Shown here piece after piece: positions 18,396-27,008 of a stretch of DNA of 64,000 bases (the first letter of the stretch is position 1; each line of letters opens with the position of its first letter). The stretch is from Clostridia bacterium. Its GTDB lineage: Bacteria; Bacillota; Clostridia; Oscillospirales; CAG-272. The notes beneath the pieces were generated by a model, which worked only from the letters and a program-made list of their open reading frames with translations, searched no databases and had not been told where the DNA came from. The stretch covers positions 2,051-66,050 of the forward strand of contig JAFUQQ010000012.1 of NCBI GenBank assembly GCA_017472285.1, written 5' to 3'. Position numbers and translations under genes: made by a program.

Positions 18396-19541
18396 ATGAT
18401 GAAAATGATTGAGTTCTCCAATAAGACGAATATTTTGCTCAATGATATTGACGTTGATTTATTGTATTTAAATATTTACTTTGATGTTGGTTTCAAAGAT
18501 GATGTTGACTTTCAAATTGGAGCTGCTCATCTTGCTGAACATATCATTTCAAAAAGTGTAATTAAAAATTTGAATTTGATACAATCGCCATTTAGTTGGA
18601 ACAATGCTTATGTGAGTAAAGAATATACTTGTTTGTGGCATGTAATAAAAAAGGAAGATGAAAATCGCATTGTTTCGTACATTAAGGAATATCTTTCTCT
18701 TATTCAAAATGTAAATAAATACAATTTAATAAATATTGATGGAGAAAAAGAAAGGTTTTATGCTGAGAATGATGCTATTCTTGCAAACACTTTATTGATG
18801 AATTTGCTTTATATTGAATATCAGCTTTTTACAGACGGATATTCAATCCCAAGTTTTTTCTGTGACACAGAAGAAAACTATTTTACTAAATTAAAAGAAA
18901 ATTCGATTCATATGCTTTCAGATCGCTATAAAAATAGCCGTATTACAATAGTAATAACAGGAAAAATTTCCTCTGATATCTTGCAATCATTAACTAATAT
19001 GTGTGTAACGAGAAAGGTTGACGATTGCGAAATTATAAATAAGGTTTATGAAAATATAAAATTCCCACATTATAAAAAGTTGTGTTACATTGCATATAAA
19101 ATATGTATATATGAATTGGAGGGCTCTATTTATCAGCTCGATATATTGGCAAGGTTTTATCAAATTATTTCCAGCAATTATACATACAGAAAAGTTATTT
19201 GTAATTATCAAATTAAGGTTATAGATAATGAAATCCTATTTGCTGTGTTTTTTTATGATAAGAAAGGGATGGATGCTTTTTGCAGTATAGATTTTAACCA
19301 TGCCTTATTATCAAGTGTAGAACTGATTTTCTCAATAAAAAACGAATTAGCTTTCACCTTGGCTAAGAATCTCTCCGATCCTTTTAAGATGAATTTTCAG
19401 ATATATAAGGCTTATCGCGATATGCATAAGCTTCTCAATAAAATGGAGGTTTTACAAACCGTTTATAATATTACTGAAAATGATTTGCAATGCGTTCACA
19501 ATTTAGTAAGAAAAAATGAGGCTCTTAGATATTCTGAGTGA
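18396..19541 (+). CDS. M16 (pitrilysin/insulinase)-family peptidase, candidate leader peptidase
   Basis: Inverted zinc motif HxxEH present as GAAHLAEHIISK near the N-terminus. First gene of the colinear cluster. Confidence 0.65.
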   Translation: MMKMIEFSNKTNILLNDIDVDLLYLNIYFDVGFKDDVDFQIGAAHLAEHIISKSVIKNLNLIQSPFSWNNAYVSKEYTCLWHVIKKEDENRIVSYIKEYLSLIQNVNKYNLINIDGEKERFYAENDAILANTLLMNLLYIEYQLFTDGYSIPSFFCDTEENYFTKLKENSIHMLSDRYKNSRITIVITGKISSDILQSLTNMCVTRKVDDCEIINKVYENIKFPHYKKLCYIAYKICIYELEGSIYQLDILARFYQIISSNYTYRKVICNYQIKVIDNEILFAVFFYDKKGMDAFCSIDFNHALLSSVELIFSIKNELAFTLAKNLSDPFKMNFQIYKAYRDMHKLLNKMEVLQTVYNITENDLQCVHNLVRKNEALRYSE

Positions 19542-19561
19542 TATAGGGGGGATAATTAAAA

Positions 19562-20965
19562 TTGGATAATAGAATTTTTCGTTTGAATCCGGAGTGTAAA
19601 CTTGTCATTTCCAATAATAAAGGTGTTTTATTGTTATGTAAACCTTATTGTAATAATCCAGAAAACAATTCGGAACATTATAGAATATCGTATATTACAG
19701 CACTAATCATTAATAATTTGGATGGTCGGCACACAGTAAATGAAGTTGCTCAAATATTAGGTCATTTATTTAATCAAAAAGACAAGGTCGATTATTTAGA
19801 ATCACGAGTATGTGCAGTAATTTGCATGTTTGAAAAAGCATTTGACGCTTTATCAACAAAGGATATTCTAGTAAAACGTATATATTCGGATGAATATATT
19901 ATTAAAACGATTGCTTATTATGACAAAAGCGAATTTAAGTTACAGAGACTTTCGTTCCCCAGACAAATAGTGATGAGAATCACTAATTTGTGTGACAAAA
20001 AATGCATATATTGCTATCAGTGTTCATATAAAAATGAATCTGATCTTGAATATTTGACAATGGATCGAATGTCTGATATATTGAAAGAAGCGGCTGGAAA
20101 CGGGACTGAAAATTTGATTGTTACTGGTGGTGAACCATTTGTAAGAAAAGACATTTACAAGATCATAGAAATGGCATCGAATCAAAAGCTAAAGGTTTTT
20201 GTATCCACAAAACGGGCATTGAGCCAAGAGCAGTTGCAATTGCTTTTTTTCAGCGGTATATCTGAGTTGCAGTTCAGTGTTGACACAAACAATACACAAA
20301 TATTGCAAAAATTGACAGGCGGTAATACTGATTTTAGTGAATATCTCTCCTCTATCAAAATGGCTTTGAAATTAAATATTAATGTTATTGTTAAAGCGGT
20401 CATAACGTCTTTGAATATCAAGACTATTCCGCTGTATGTAGAGGAACTACAACAAATTGGCGTGAAACATATTAAATTGAATTATTATGAGTTAAACTGT
20501 AAGAGCAATGATTTTGGCTTGTTGCCAGACATATCGTCAATGAAATGGTTGGATGATAATATGAAAATAATATGTAAAAGGGCGCAAGCAAAAATCGAGT
20601 ATGATTATGATATGGCTAAAATGATACTCGATAAGAAGTATCGCGATTTACATAGAAAAAGATGTTTGGCATTCAAGGATACGATATATATTAGAGAAGA
20701 CGGAAAGGTTTCTTTCTGCGAAATGCTGATGGACTATCCTGAATTTATCGTTGGTGATTTGCGTACTCACACTATCCTTGATATTTGGAATTCTAACGAG
20801 ATAGATTCATATATTGTTCCAGATAAAACAAAATTCGAGAATACAGTTTGTTATACTTGCCATGATTTTTATACTTGCTTTGAAAAAAGGTGCTTTATGA
20901 GGACATATGCACAATATCATAAAAAATTTATGCCTGATCCATGGTGCAATAAATATGAGAATTGA
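19562..20965 (+). CDS. radical SAM/SPASM peptide maturase 1
   Basis: TTG start after GGGGGG RBS. CxxxCxxC = CDKKCIYC. C-terminal auxiliary-cluster cysteines (CLAF..FCEM...CYTCHDFYTCFEKRC). The N-terminal ~100 aa could be a PqqD-like RRE (inference). Confidence 0.8.
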   Translation: MDNRIFRLNPECKLVISNNKGVLLLCKPYCNNPENNSEHYRISYITALIINNLDGRHTVNEVAQILGHLFNQKDKVDYLESRVCAVICMFEKAFDALSTKDILVKRIYSDEYIIKTIAYYDKSEFKLQRLSFPRQIVMRITNLCDKKCIYCYQCSYKNESDLEYLTMDRMSDILKEAAGNGTENLIVTGGEPFVRKDIYKIIEMASNQKLKVFVSTKRALSQEQLQLLFFSGISELQFSVDTNNTQILQKLTGGNTDFSEYLSSIKMALKLNINVIVKAVITSLNIKTIPLYVEELQQIGVKHIKLNYYELNCKSNDFGLLPDISSMKWLDDNMKIICKRAQAKIEYDYDMAKMILDKKYRDLHRKRCLAFKDTIYIREDGKVSFCEMLMDYPEFIVGDLRTHTILDIWNSNEIDSYIVPDKTKFENTVCYTCHDFYTCFEKRCFMRTYAQYHKKFMPDPWCNKYEN

Positions 20966-20982
20966 AAGGACGGAGATGACTG

Positions 20983-22017
20983 ATGAATATCGATGATTAT
21001 GTTATAATCGCACCACAGAAGAAGCATCCCGATGTTGTGTTTTTTAATACAAGACAAGGCTCAATTCAAATTAATACTAACATTGATCATGTTGAAAGAT
21101 TCATAACCGATGATAATTATATTAGTGATACAGCCAAAGGAAATATTATAGGTTCTGTGAGCATAATTTGCAAACCTGGGTTGTTCAAAAATGAAGTTAA
21201 TCAATATGCTGATGGTCAATTTATAAAAAAGGAGGATTTGATCTATAGTGTTGGTGTAGAAAACACTATTTTTTGCAATGAAGAATCAAATTTGCTAATC
21301 AATCATTACCCAGTTTGCAATTTGCTTTATTTTAATACTAATCATAACTATGCGCTATGTGTTATACCGAGTGAGGATGTTGCTGGGTTTCTAGCAAAAA
21401 TGGCTATCAAAAGACTATCTGCGAATTATAATTACAGAACCAAGGCATATTTTTCATTACATGCATCTTGTGTAACTTATTTGGATATGGCTTTTGTTTT
21501 TATTGCTGGCGGCAGAGCAGGTAAAACGACATCCTATTTAAACTTAGTAAGCGATAGATATTTTCCAATGAATGATGATGTTTTGTTTTGGAAATGTGAA
21601 CAAGATGATATTACTATTGACAGCATCCCACTAAAAGTAAACATAAGAGAAAATAGTCTTCGTTATTTGAGATTTCCACTTGATTTAACTATATGCAATA
21701 AAGGTTTTGATAATGAATTATATGTAAGCACGGATAAACTCTTTAATAAAACAATCAGCTCTCCAAGCAAATTAAAAGCAATATTTATTCCTGAGATTAA
21801 TCATAAAATTACAACAATAAAGAGAATAAATTCTAAGGATTATTTAAAGCGCATTTTAAGATCTTGTATGACGCATGACCAATTAACGCTAGACGAAAAT
21901 TTTGTAGAATCATTTAACCGATTGATGAAATATTCAATTTACAAAATTGAAATTTCAGACGATGCAGAAGAATTCTTGACATGTTTCAACGCTTTTGTTA
22001 ATACTGTTAGCATTTGA
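20983..22017 (+). CDS. HPr-kinase-like P-loop protein
   Basis: LHASCVTYLDMAFVFIAGGRAGKTTSYLNLVSDRYFPMNDDVLFW matches the HprK C-terminal core pattern (H..v....gvl..G.sG.GKS....L...G....DD). Confidence 0.55.
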   Translation: MNIDDYVIIAPQKKHPDVVFFNTRQGSIQINTNIDHVERFITDDNYISDTAKGNIIGSVSIICKPGLFKNEVNQYADGQFIKKEDLIYSVGVENTIFCNEESNLLINHYPVCNLLYFNTNHNYALCVIPSEDVAGFLAKMAIKRLSANYNYRTKAYFSLHASCVTYLDMAFVFIAGGRAGKTTSYLNLVSDRYFPMNDDVLFWKCEQDDITIDSIPLKVNIRENSLRYLRFPLDLTICNKGFDNELYVSTDKLFNKTISSPSKLKAIFIPEINHKITTIKRINSKDYLKRILRSCMTHDQLTLDENFVESFNRLMKYSIYKIEISDDAEEFLTCFNAFVNTVSI

Positions 22018-22042
22018 AAATGGTGAAGAAGGAGCTGTTTTG

Positions 22043-22189
22043 ATGTCAAATTGCATATTATATGAGTTAACAAAACTTATTGAGGAATGGGAGTATTCAA
22101 TTGATGATTTGGACAATATTAAAATTTTGGAATTATGCACAGGGGGAGCATATTCCCTGGCGTGTCAGAATGGCTGTCAACAGAGGTGA
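22043..22189 (+). CDS. RiPP precursor peptide paralog a (48 aa, 3 Cys, shortened core)
   Basis: GAAGGAG RBS, ATG 22043. MSNCILYELTKLIEEWEYSIDDLDNIKILELCTGGAYSLACQNGCQQR. The leader is homologous to b and c. Confidence 0.7.
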   Translation: MSNCILYELTKLIEEWEYSIDDLDNIKILELCTGGAYSLACQNGCQQR

Positions 22190-22323
22190 TCTTGCTACCC
22201 AACATGAATATCGAGCGAATAAGATGAAGGCGTGGACGATGGAAAAAATCATCCGAATATAAAATATTTGACAGATTATGCAGGAATGTTATGAATATAA
22301 AAACATTGTAAGGGGGTGCAATA

Positions 22324-22482
22324 ATGGATCTTAAACTGGATGAGCTTCGCGAATTGATTGATGAATTGGGATATTCTTTGAACGATCTCGATAATATTGA
22401 AATATTAGCAGCGTGTACAGGAGTTGCTTGTCAACAAAGCTGCCAGCCGGCTTGCCAGCCTGGATGCAGTAATAAACCTTAA
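22324..22482 (+). CDS. RiPP precursor peptide paralog b (52 aa, 5 Cys); not in ORF track
   Basis: AAGGGGG RBS, ATG 22324, TAA 22480-22482. MDLKLDELRELIDELGYSLNDLDNIEILAACTGVACQQSCQPACQPGCSNKP. Confidence 0.8.
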   Translation: MDLKLDELRELIDELGYSLNDLDNIEILAACTGVACQQSCQPACQPGCSNKP

Positions 22483-22853
22483 TGATGATTTGTTTGTAAA
22501 AAGCAAACTCTTTACTGCAACAGTTTACAAACAAGATTCCGATACTGATCATTTTGAATTTTTCTTTCAGAAAATGTGATGCGTAATGTTTAAATATATC
22601 ATGTTTCGATTCATTTTGGTTAGCGGCTCGAATGCGCATATCTGCTGGTAACTCAGCAGATATGCGGAAAAACTGCTTAATCGAATCTGTATTATAAGGC
22701 GATGTATGGTGCTTTTCATTGGCGAACTTGAGGTTCTAATATAAATCTGTCAAGCTGTTATCACTTTATTGTAACAGAAATATGCATAGCTACAAATACT
22801 GTCGTGGCGTCGGCTGCAGCTATGGTTATTTTACACCAAAGGAGTATAATATC

Positions 22854-23015
22854 ATGGAGTATAATTTGGACGAATTAAAAAGCATTATTGAGGAATTGGG
22901 ATATTCACTTGATGATTTGGCGAATATTGAAATATTGGCATCCTGCACAGGAGTTTCATGTTCCTCTGCGTGTCAAAACGGCTGTCAACAAGGGTGCTCT
23001 GCTACAAGCAAGTAA
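22854..23015 (+). CDS. RiPP precursor peptide paralog c (53 aa, 5 Cys)
   Basis: AAAGGAG RBS, ATG 22854. MEYNLDELKSIIEELGYSLDDLANIEILASCTGVSCSSACQNGCQQGCSATSK. Confidence 0.8.
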   Translation: MEYNLDELKSIIEELGYSLDDLANIEILASCTGVSCSSACQNGCQQGCSATSK

Positions 23016-23061
23016 TTAATCATTGTCGGATTATTCCCTATTTTACTTAAACATGGAACAA

Positions 23062-23204
23062 GTCGTACAAGCAATGTCATTAAGTTAAGAAAAAAGGTAT
23101 TCGCCCGAGATCCTTCGGCATAGGCTCCCACTGTCATTCTTGAGTGCCTACGCCTCGAGGGTGACACGGGCGTCATGCTTATCTTAATGACATTGGTCGT
23201 ACAA
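23062..23204. mobile_element. MITE-like insertion (13-bp terminal inverted repeats, 9-bp direct-repeat flanks)
   Basis: CAATGTCATTAAG (23072-23084) and its exact reverse complement CTTAATGACATTG (23183-23195) enclose a GC-richer hairpin-rich core. GTCGTACAA occurs at 23062-23070 and 23196-23204. Confidence 0.55.
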
Positions 23205-23239
23205 TTATTCGTATTATCTCAACGTAGGAGTGGAACATA

Positions 23240-25042
23240 ATGAGGACCGTTAAAAATATAATGAAGACTATCAAGAATATAGTGAAGATGTTCGACCAAG
23301 CGGTGATGCTTGATAAAGGGTTTATATTTGTTTTCATTCTTTATACTGTACTATCATCGCTGGCAAATATCATTTTACTTTATATCCCCAAATTTTCAGC
23401 TGAGCTTGTCGGAGCAAATTTCAAAAATGTTAACCTATTATATCTTACCGCTCTCGCCATTGTTTTGACTGCCATCTTTGAGTTCGGTTCCGAGTGGATG
23501 TTTGATATATTCAATAGCAGAATATTTCCCATTCGTTTTGGCTTTATCGGGAAGCTGAGTGAAAAGTTTTCTTCATTGGATTATTGCAAAATCATGCAGG
23601 AAGAGTATGTTACGAAAGGTTCTTTTGCTTTTAATGCCATGAAATCCAATGATGTGGGTGTTCAATGTGTCTTACGTGAAATCTTTGTCATATTTTCGTC
23701 CCTCCTATCCATTATTTTGGCGACTGGAATTCTTTCAAACCTTCATATTAGTATTGTTCTTTTATGTGTTATTTTTGCCGTGGTATCATTTGTTCTGCAA
23801 AAAGAAAGAGATAAGCTCTATTTCAAATTTGCTAAAGATAGAGTGAAACTTGACAATAGAGTATCAAATTCATTGAATTTATTATACGATATCCGATATG
23901 GTAAAGAGCTTAGGATGTACGATACCAATAAGCTGATTCTGAATCAGTATTCTTCTTTAATGAAAGAACAACGAAAAAGAAATAACAGGAATAATCTGAA
24001 GTTCCAGATCTTCAACATATGCGGTGTCATATTGGATAAAGGCAAGAATATCTGTATTTATTTTGTGCTGATCTACTTGTATTTTCAAAGTAATATGTCT
24101 CTTGGTGATTTTATTTTATTTATCGGCGCCAGTACAGAATTGTCTTTGTGGCTGAAGAACTTTATTATTCATTTTTCCGCGATTGCAAACAACGGGAGAT
24201 ACATCAATGAATATTATGACTTTTTGAGTATCAGCGATGAATCCTCAAAAACAGAGGAGCTTCATGTTGATCATGTGAAGGATATGACGATAGAATTCAG
24301 AGATGTAAGCTTCCGTTATCCGGAAAGTAATAAATATGTGTTGCAGAATGTTTCTTTGACCATTCACAATGGAGATACGGTTGCTTTAGCTGGATTAAAC
24401 GGTGCGGGAAAGACCACTTTTATATATTTGCTCATGAGACTGTATGAACCGACGGAAGGCGCAATTTTTCTCAACGGAGTCAACATAAATCGGTATTATA
24501 AAAAAGAGTATTGGACGCTGATTAATCCGCTGTTTCAGGATTTCAATATTTTCGCCTTTGACATACGACAGAATGTTTCGCTGAAGACGAAAAAACTTAC
24601 GGATGACCAAAAGGTGGAAAAAGCCTTGGGAAAAATCAATCTTCTTGAAAAAATCAAACAATTGCCGACCAGTACGAAAACGATGTTGACGAAAGAAATT
24701 GACTCGGATGGTTTGCAATTTTCTGGAGGAGAGAGTCAGCGATTGGCGTTTGCCCGTACACTGTACAGGGATAATTCTCTGCTACTAATATTAGACGAGC
24801 CCTCCGCGTCGCTTGATCCCTTGGCAGAAGCGGATCTTTATAAAGAATTCAAAGAATTGAGCCGTGGAAAAACATCTTTGTTTATTTCACATAGGTTTGC
24901 CAGCGTTTCCTTTTGTGACTATGTTATCTTTTTGAATGATGGAAAAGTATCGGAGATCGGCACACACAAAGAATTGATAGAGAAAAATGGTACTTATGCG
25001 GAATTGTACAAAATACAATCTGACTTTTTCCATTCTAAATAA
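23240..25042 (+). CDS. ABC exporter, fused permease/ATPase (half-transporter 1)
   Basis: N-terminal TM domain. Walker A GLNGAGKTT, signature FSGGESQRL, Walker B LLILDEPSASLD. Confidence 0.9.
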   Translation: MRTVKNIMKTIKNIVKMFDQAVMLDKGFIFVFILYTVLSSLANIILLYIPKFSAELVGANFKNVNLLYLTALAIVLTAIFEFGSEWMFDIFNSRIFPIRFGFIGKLSEKFSSLDYCKIMQEEYVTKGSFAFNAMKSNDVGVQCVLREIFVIFSSLLSIILATGILSNLHISIVLLCVIFAVVSFVLQKERDKLYFKFAKDRVKLDNRVSNSLNLLYDIRYGKELRMYDTNKLILNQYSSLMKEQRKRNNRNNLKFQIFNICGVILDKGKNICIYFVLIYLYFQSNMSLGDFILFIGASTELSLWLKNFIIHFSAIANNGRYINEYYDFLSISDESSKTEELHVDHVKDMTIEFRDVSFRYPESNKYVLQNVSLTIHNGDTVALAGLNGAGKTTFIYLLMRLYEPTEGAIFLNGVNINRYYKKEYWTLINPLFQDFNIFAFDIRQNVSLKTKKLTDDQKVEKALGKINLLEKIKQLPTSTKTMLTKEIDSDGLQFSGGESQRLAFARTLYRDNSLLLILDEPSASLDPLAEADLYKEFKELSRGKTSLFISHRFASVSFCDYVIFLNDGKVSEIGTHKELIEKNGTYAELYKIQSDFFHSK

Positions 25043-25054
25043 TCGGAGGCCTGT

Positions 25055-26821
25055 ATGTTTAATAGGAGAAAAATACTGCAATATTCAATGAAATATGTTT
25101 TGGAAAACAAAACAGCGCCGTTCTGGTTTATTCTTTATACGTTATTAAGTATAACGATTCCGCTGATGGCAATTTATTATCCCAAGATTATTCTGGATTT
25201 TATCGAAAAGGAAAATCAGTGGGCCGCGATGATGAGTGTTGTGTGCTTTATTTCGCTGGAAGCCGTATTATATATAGCAAATTCCTTGATACAGACCAAG
25301 ATTCAGGATATTCAAACTATTGTCAACGCACAGATTAATGAGGATATAGCGGATGTAAATATCTCTGTCCCTTATATGATTAGTGAGAGCAGCGAGTTTA
25401 TTGAGAATAAGAACAAGGCTATAGCGGGACTTAACATTCAAAGCGGAACTATCGGCATATATCTGACACTGTGTAATATTGTGGCTGCAATCATCCGGGT
25501 CATTCTTTCCAGCGTTGCTCTGTCTATGCTCAATCCATGGTTTTCTATCGTCATTTTAATTACGGTTTTGATTAACGCTTTTGTTTATAGTTATATCAAT
25601 AAGCTTGAGGAAAAATTTTGGAACTCTCTTATATGTTTTAACCGAATGTTTTCTTATATTTTTATGAAGTTATCCTGTGGTTTCAGATTTGCAAAAGAAA
25701 ATCGTCTTTATGCGATGTCAGATATTATAGACGAAAAAAACAACGAGTATATTCAGTATACAAAAAATAAGTTTCAGCAAAAGTATAAGGAGGCTCTGCC
25801 GTATAAGATTTTACACCAGGCAATTGGACAATCCCAGATGCTGCTTATCTACGGTTGCTTATTATATTCGGCTTATGTAAAGGGAATAAGCGTCGCTGAT
25901 TTTACAGTTATGCTCAGCATTGCGCTGTCCCTGAAGGGATGGCTGAATACCATAATTTATGGGGTTGTCGATATCAATATCTCGTGTGACTATTTACAGT
26001 ATTTTTATAACTTGAGTAAGTATAAAGTAAACAACTCCTCAAAGTCTTCGGAAAATAAGCTTGATCCTGACTCGCGGAATATCATAGAATTTAAAAATGT
26101 CTGCTTTAGATATGAGAACGCGGAATCATATGCATTATCTGATGTATCCGTCAAAATTTCGTCAAATGAAAATCTTGCAATCATCGGCACGAATGGTTCA
26201 GGGAAAACCACATTTATAAAGCTCTTGCTGGGATTTTATCGGCCGACAAGCGGAACGATAACGGTAAATGGGAAAGATATCAGCGAGTACGAAGCAGAGG
26301 AGTATCTGAAACTGTTCAGTGCGGTCTTTCAGGATTATAGTATCTATCCAATGTCGATAAAGGATAATATTGTTTTCGGCGAACCTTTTGACGAGGATAA
26401 AGTGAACAGAATTTTGACGGAACTTGCGCTGATGCCCTCTATCAATAATATGCCAGATGGTATCGAGAGCGTGTTGAATGATAACAGCCAGCCGAATGTA
26501 TTGAAATTGTCCGGCGGACAAGAGCAAAAACTTGCCATCGCGCGTGCTCTGTATAAAAAAGCTCCTATAGTCATTATGGATGAACCGACAGCGTCTTTGG
26601 ATTCGTTATCGGAGTATAAGATATATCAAAACGCGTTTCAAATAGCAAAAGAACGACATATGATCTTCACTTCGCACCGTGTATCCTGCTGTAAAAATGC
26701 GGATAGAGTGCTTGTCTTTGATAACGGTTTTTTGGTTCAGGATGGTGTACATCGGGATTTGATAGAGATACCAGGTGTTTACAGGCAGCTTTACTCTACA
26801 CAGGAACATTATTATACATAA
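25055..26821 (+). CDS. ABC exporter, fused permease/ATPase (half-transporter 2)
   Basis: N-terminal TM domain. Walker A GTNGSGKTT, signature LSGGQEQKL, Walker B VIMDEPTASLD. Confidence 0.9.
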   Translation: MFNRRKILQYSMKYVLENKTAPFWFILYTLLSITIPLMAIYYPKIILDFIEKENQWAAMMSVVCFISLEAVLYIANSLIQTKIQDIQTIVNAQINEDIADVNISVPYMISESSEFIENKNKAIAGLNIQSGTIGIYLTLCNIVAAIIRVILSSVALSMLNPWFSIVILITVLINAFVYSYINKLEEKFWNSLICFNRMFSYIFMKLSCGFRFAKENRLYAMSDIIDEKNNEYIQYTKNKFQQKYKEALPYKILHQAIGQSQMLLIYGCLLYSAYVKGISVADFTVMLSIALSLKGWLNTIIYGVVDINISCDYLQYFYNLSKYKVNNSSKSSENKLDPDSRNIIEFKNVCFRYENAESYALSDVSVKISSNENLAIIGTNGSGKTTFIKLLLGFYRPTSGTITVNGKDISEYEAEEYLKLFSAVFQDYSIYPMSIKDNIVFGEPFDEDKVNRILTELALMPSINNMPDGIESVLNDNSQPNVLKLSGGQEQKLAIARALYKKAPIVIMDEPTASLDSLSEYKIYQNAFQIAKERHMIFTSHRVSCCKNADRVLVFDNGFLVQDGVHRDLIEIPGVYRQLYSTQEHYYT

Positions 26822-27008
26822 ATTTGCACAAAATCTCAAATTATCGTGAGTTCTATACAGCATAAAAAACTTATATTATGTGAATTTTCGGAGTTTTAGT
26901 GGTCGAAGTATACATATAAATAATAAAATCAATAGCTGATTAAGGTAAAAAAGGCGATAAAATGGGATAGCGTGTTATATATTTACTGAATTTAACCTAA
27001 AAGAGAAG

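Noticed and set aside
21995-22042. 5' extension of precursor a (64-aa version)
   Set aside because: It overlaps the end of the kinase-like gene. ATG 22043 is preceded by GAAGGAG and aligns with the starts of paralogs b and c.
22331-22639. 102-aa minus-strand ORF
   Set aside because: It overlaps precursor gene b on the opposite strand. There is no RBS and no motifs. The + strand peptide is supported by an RBS and by homology to paralogs a and c.
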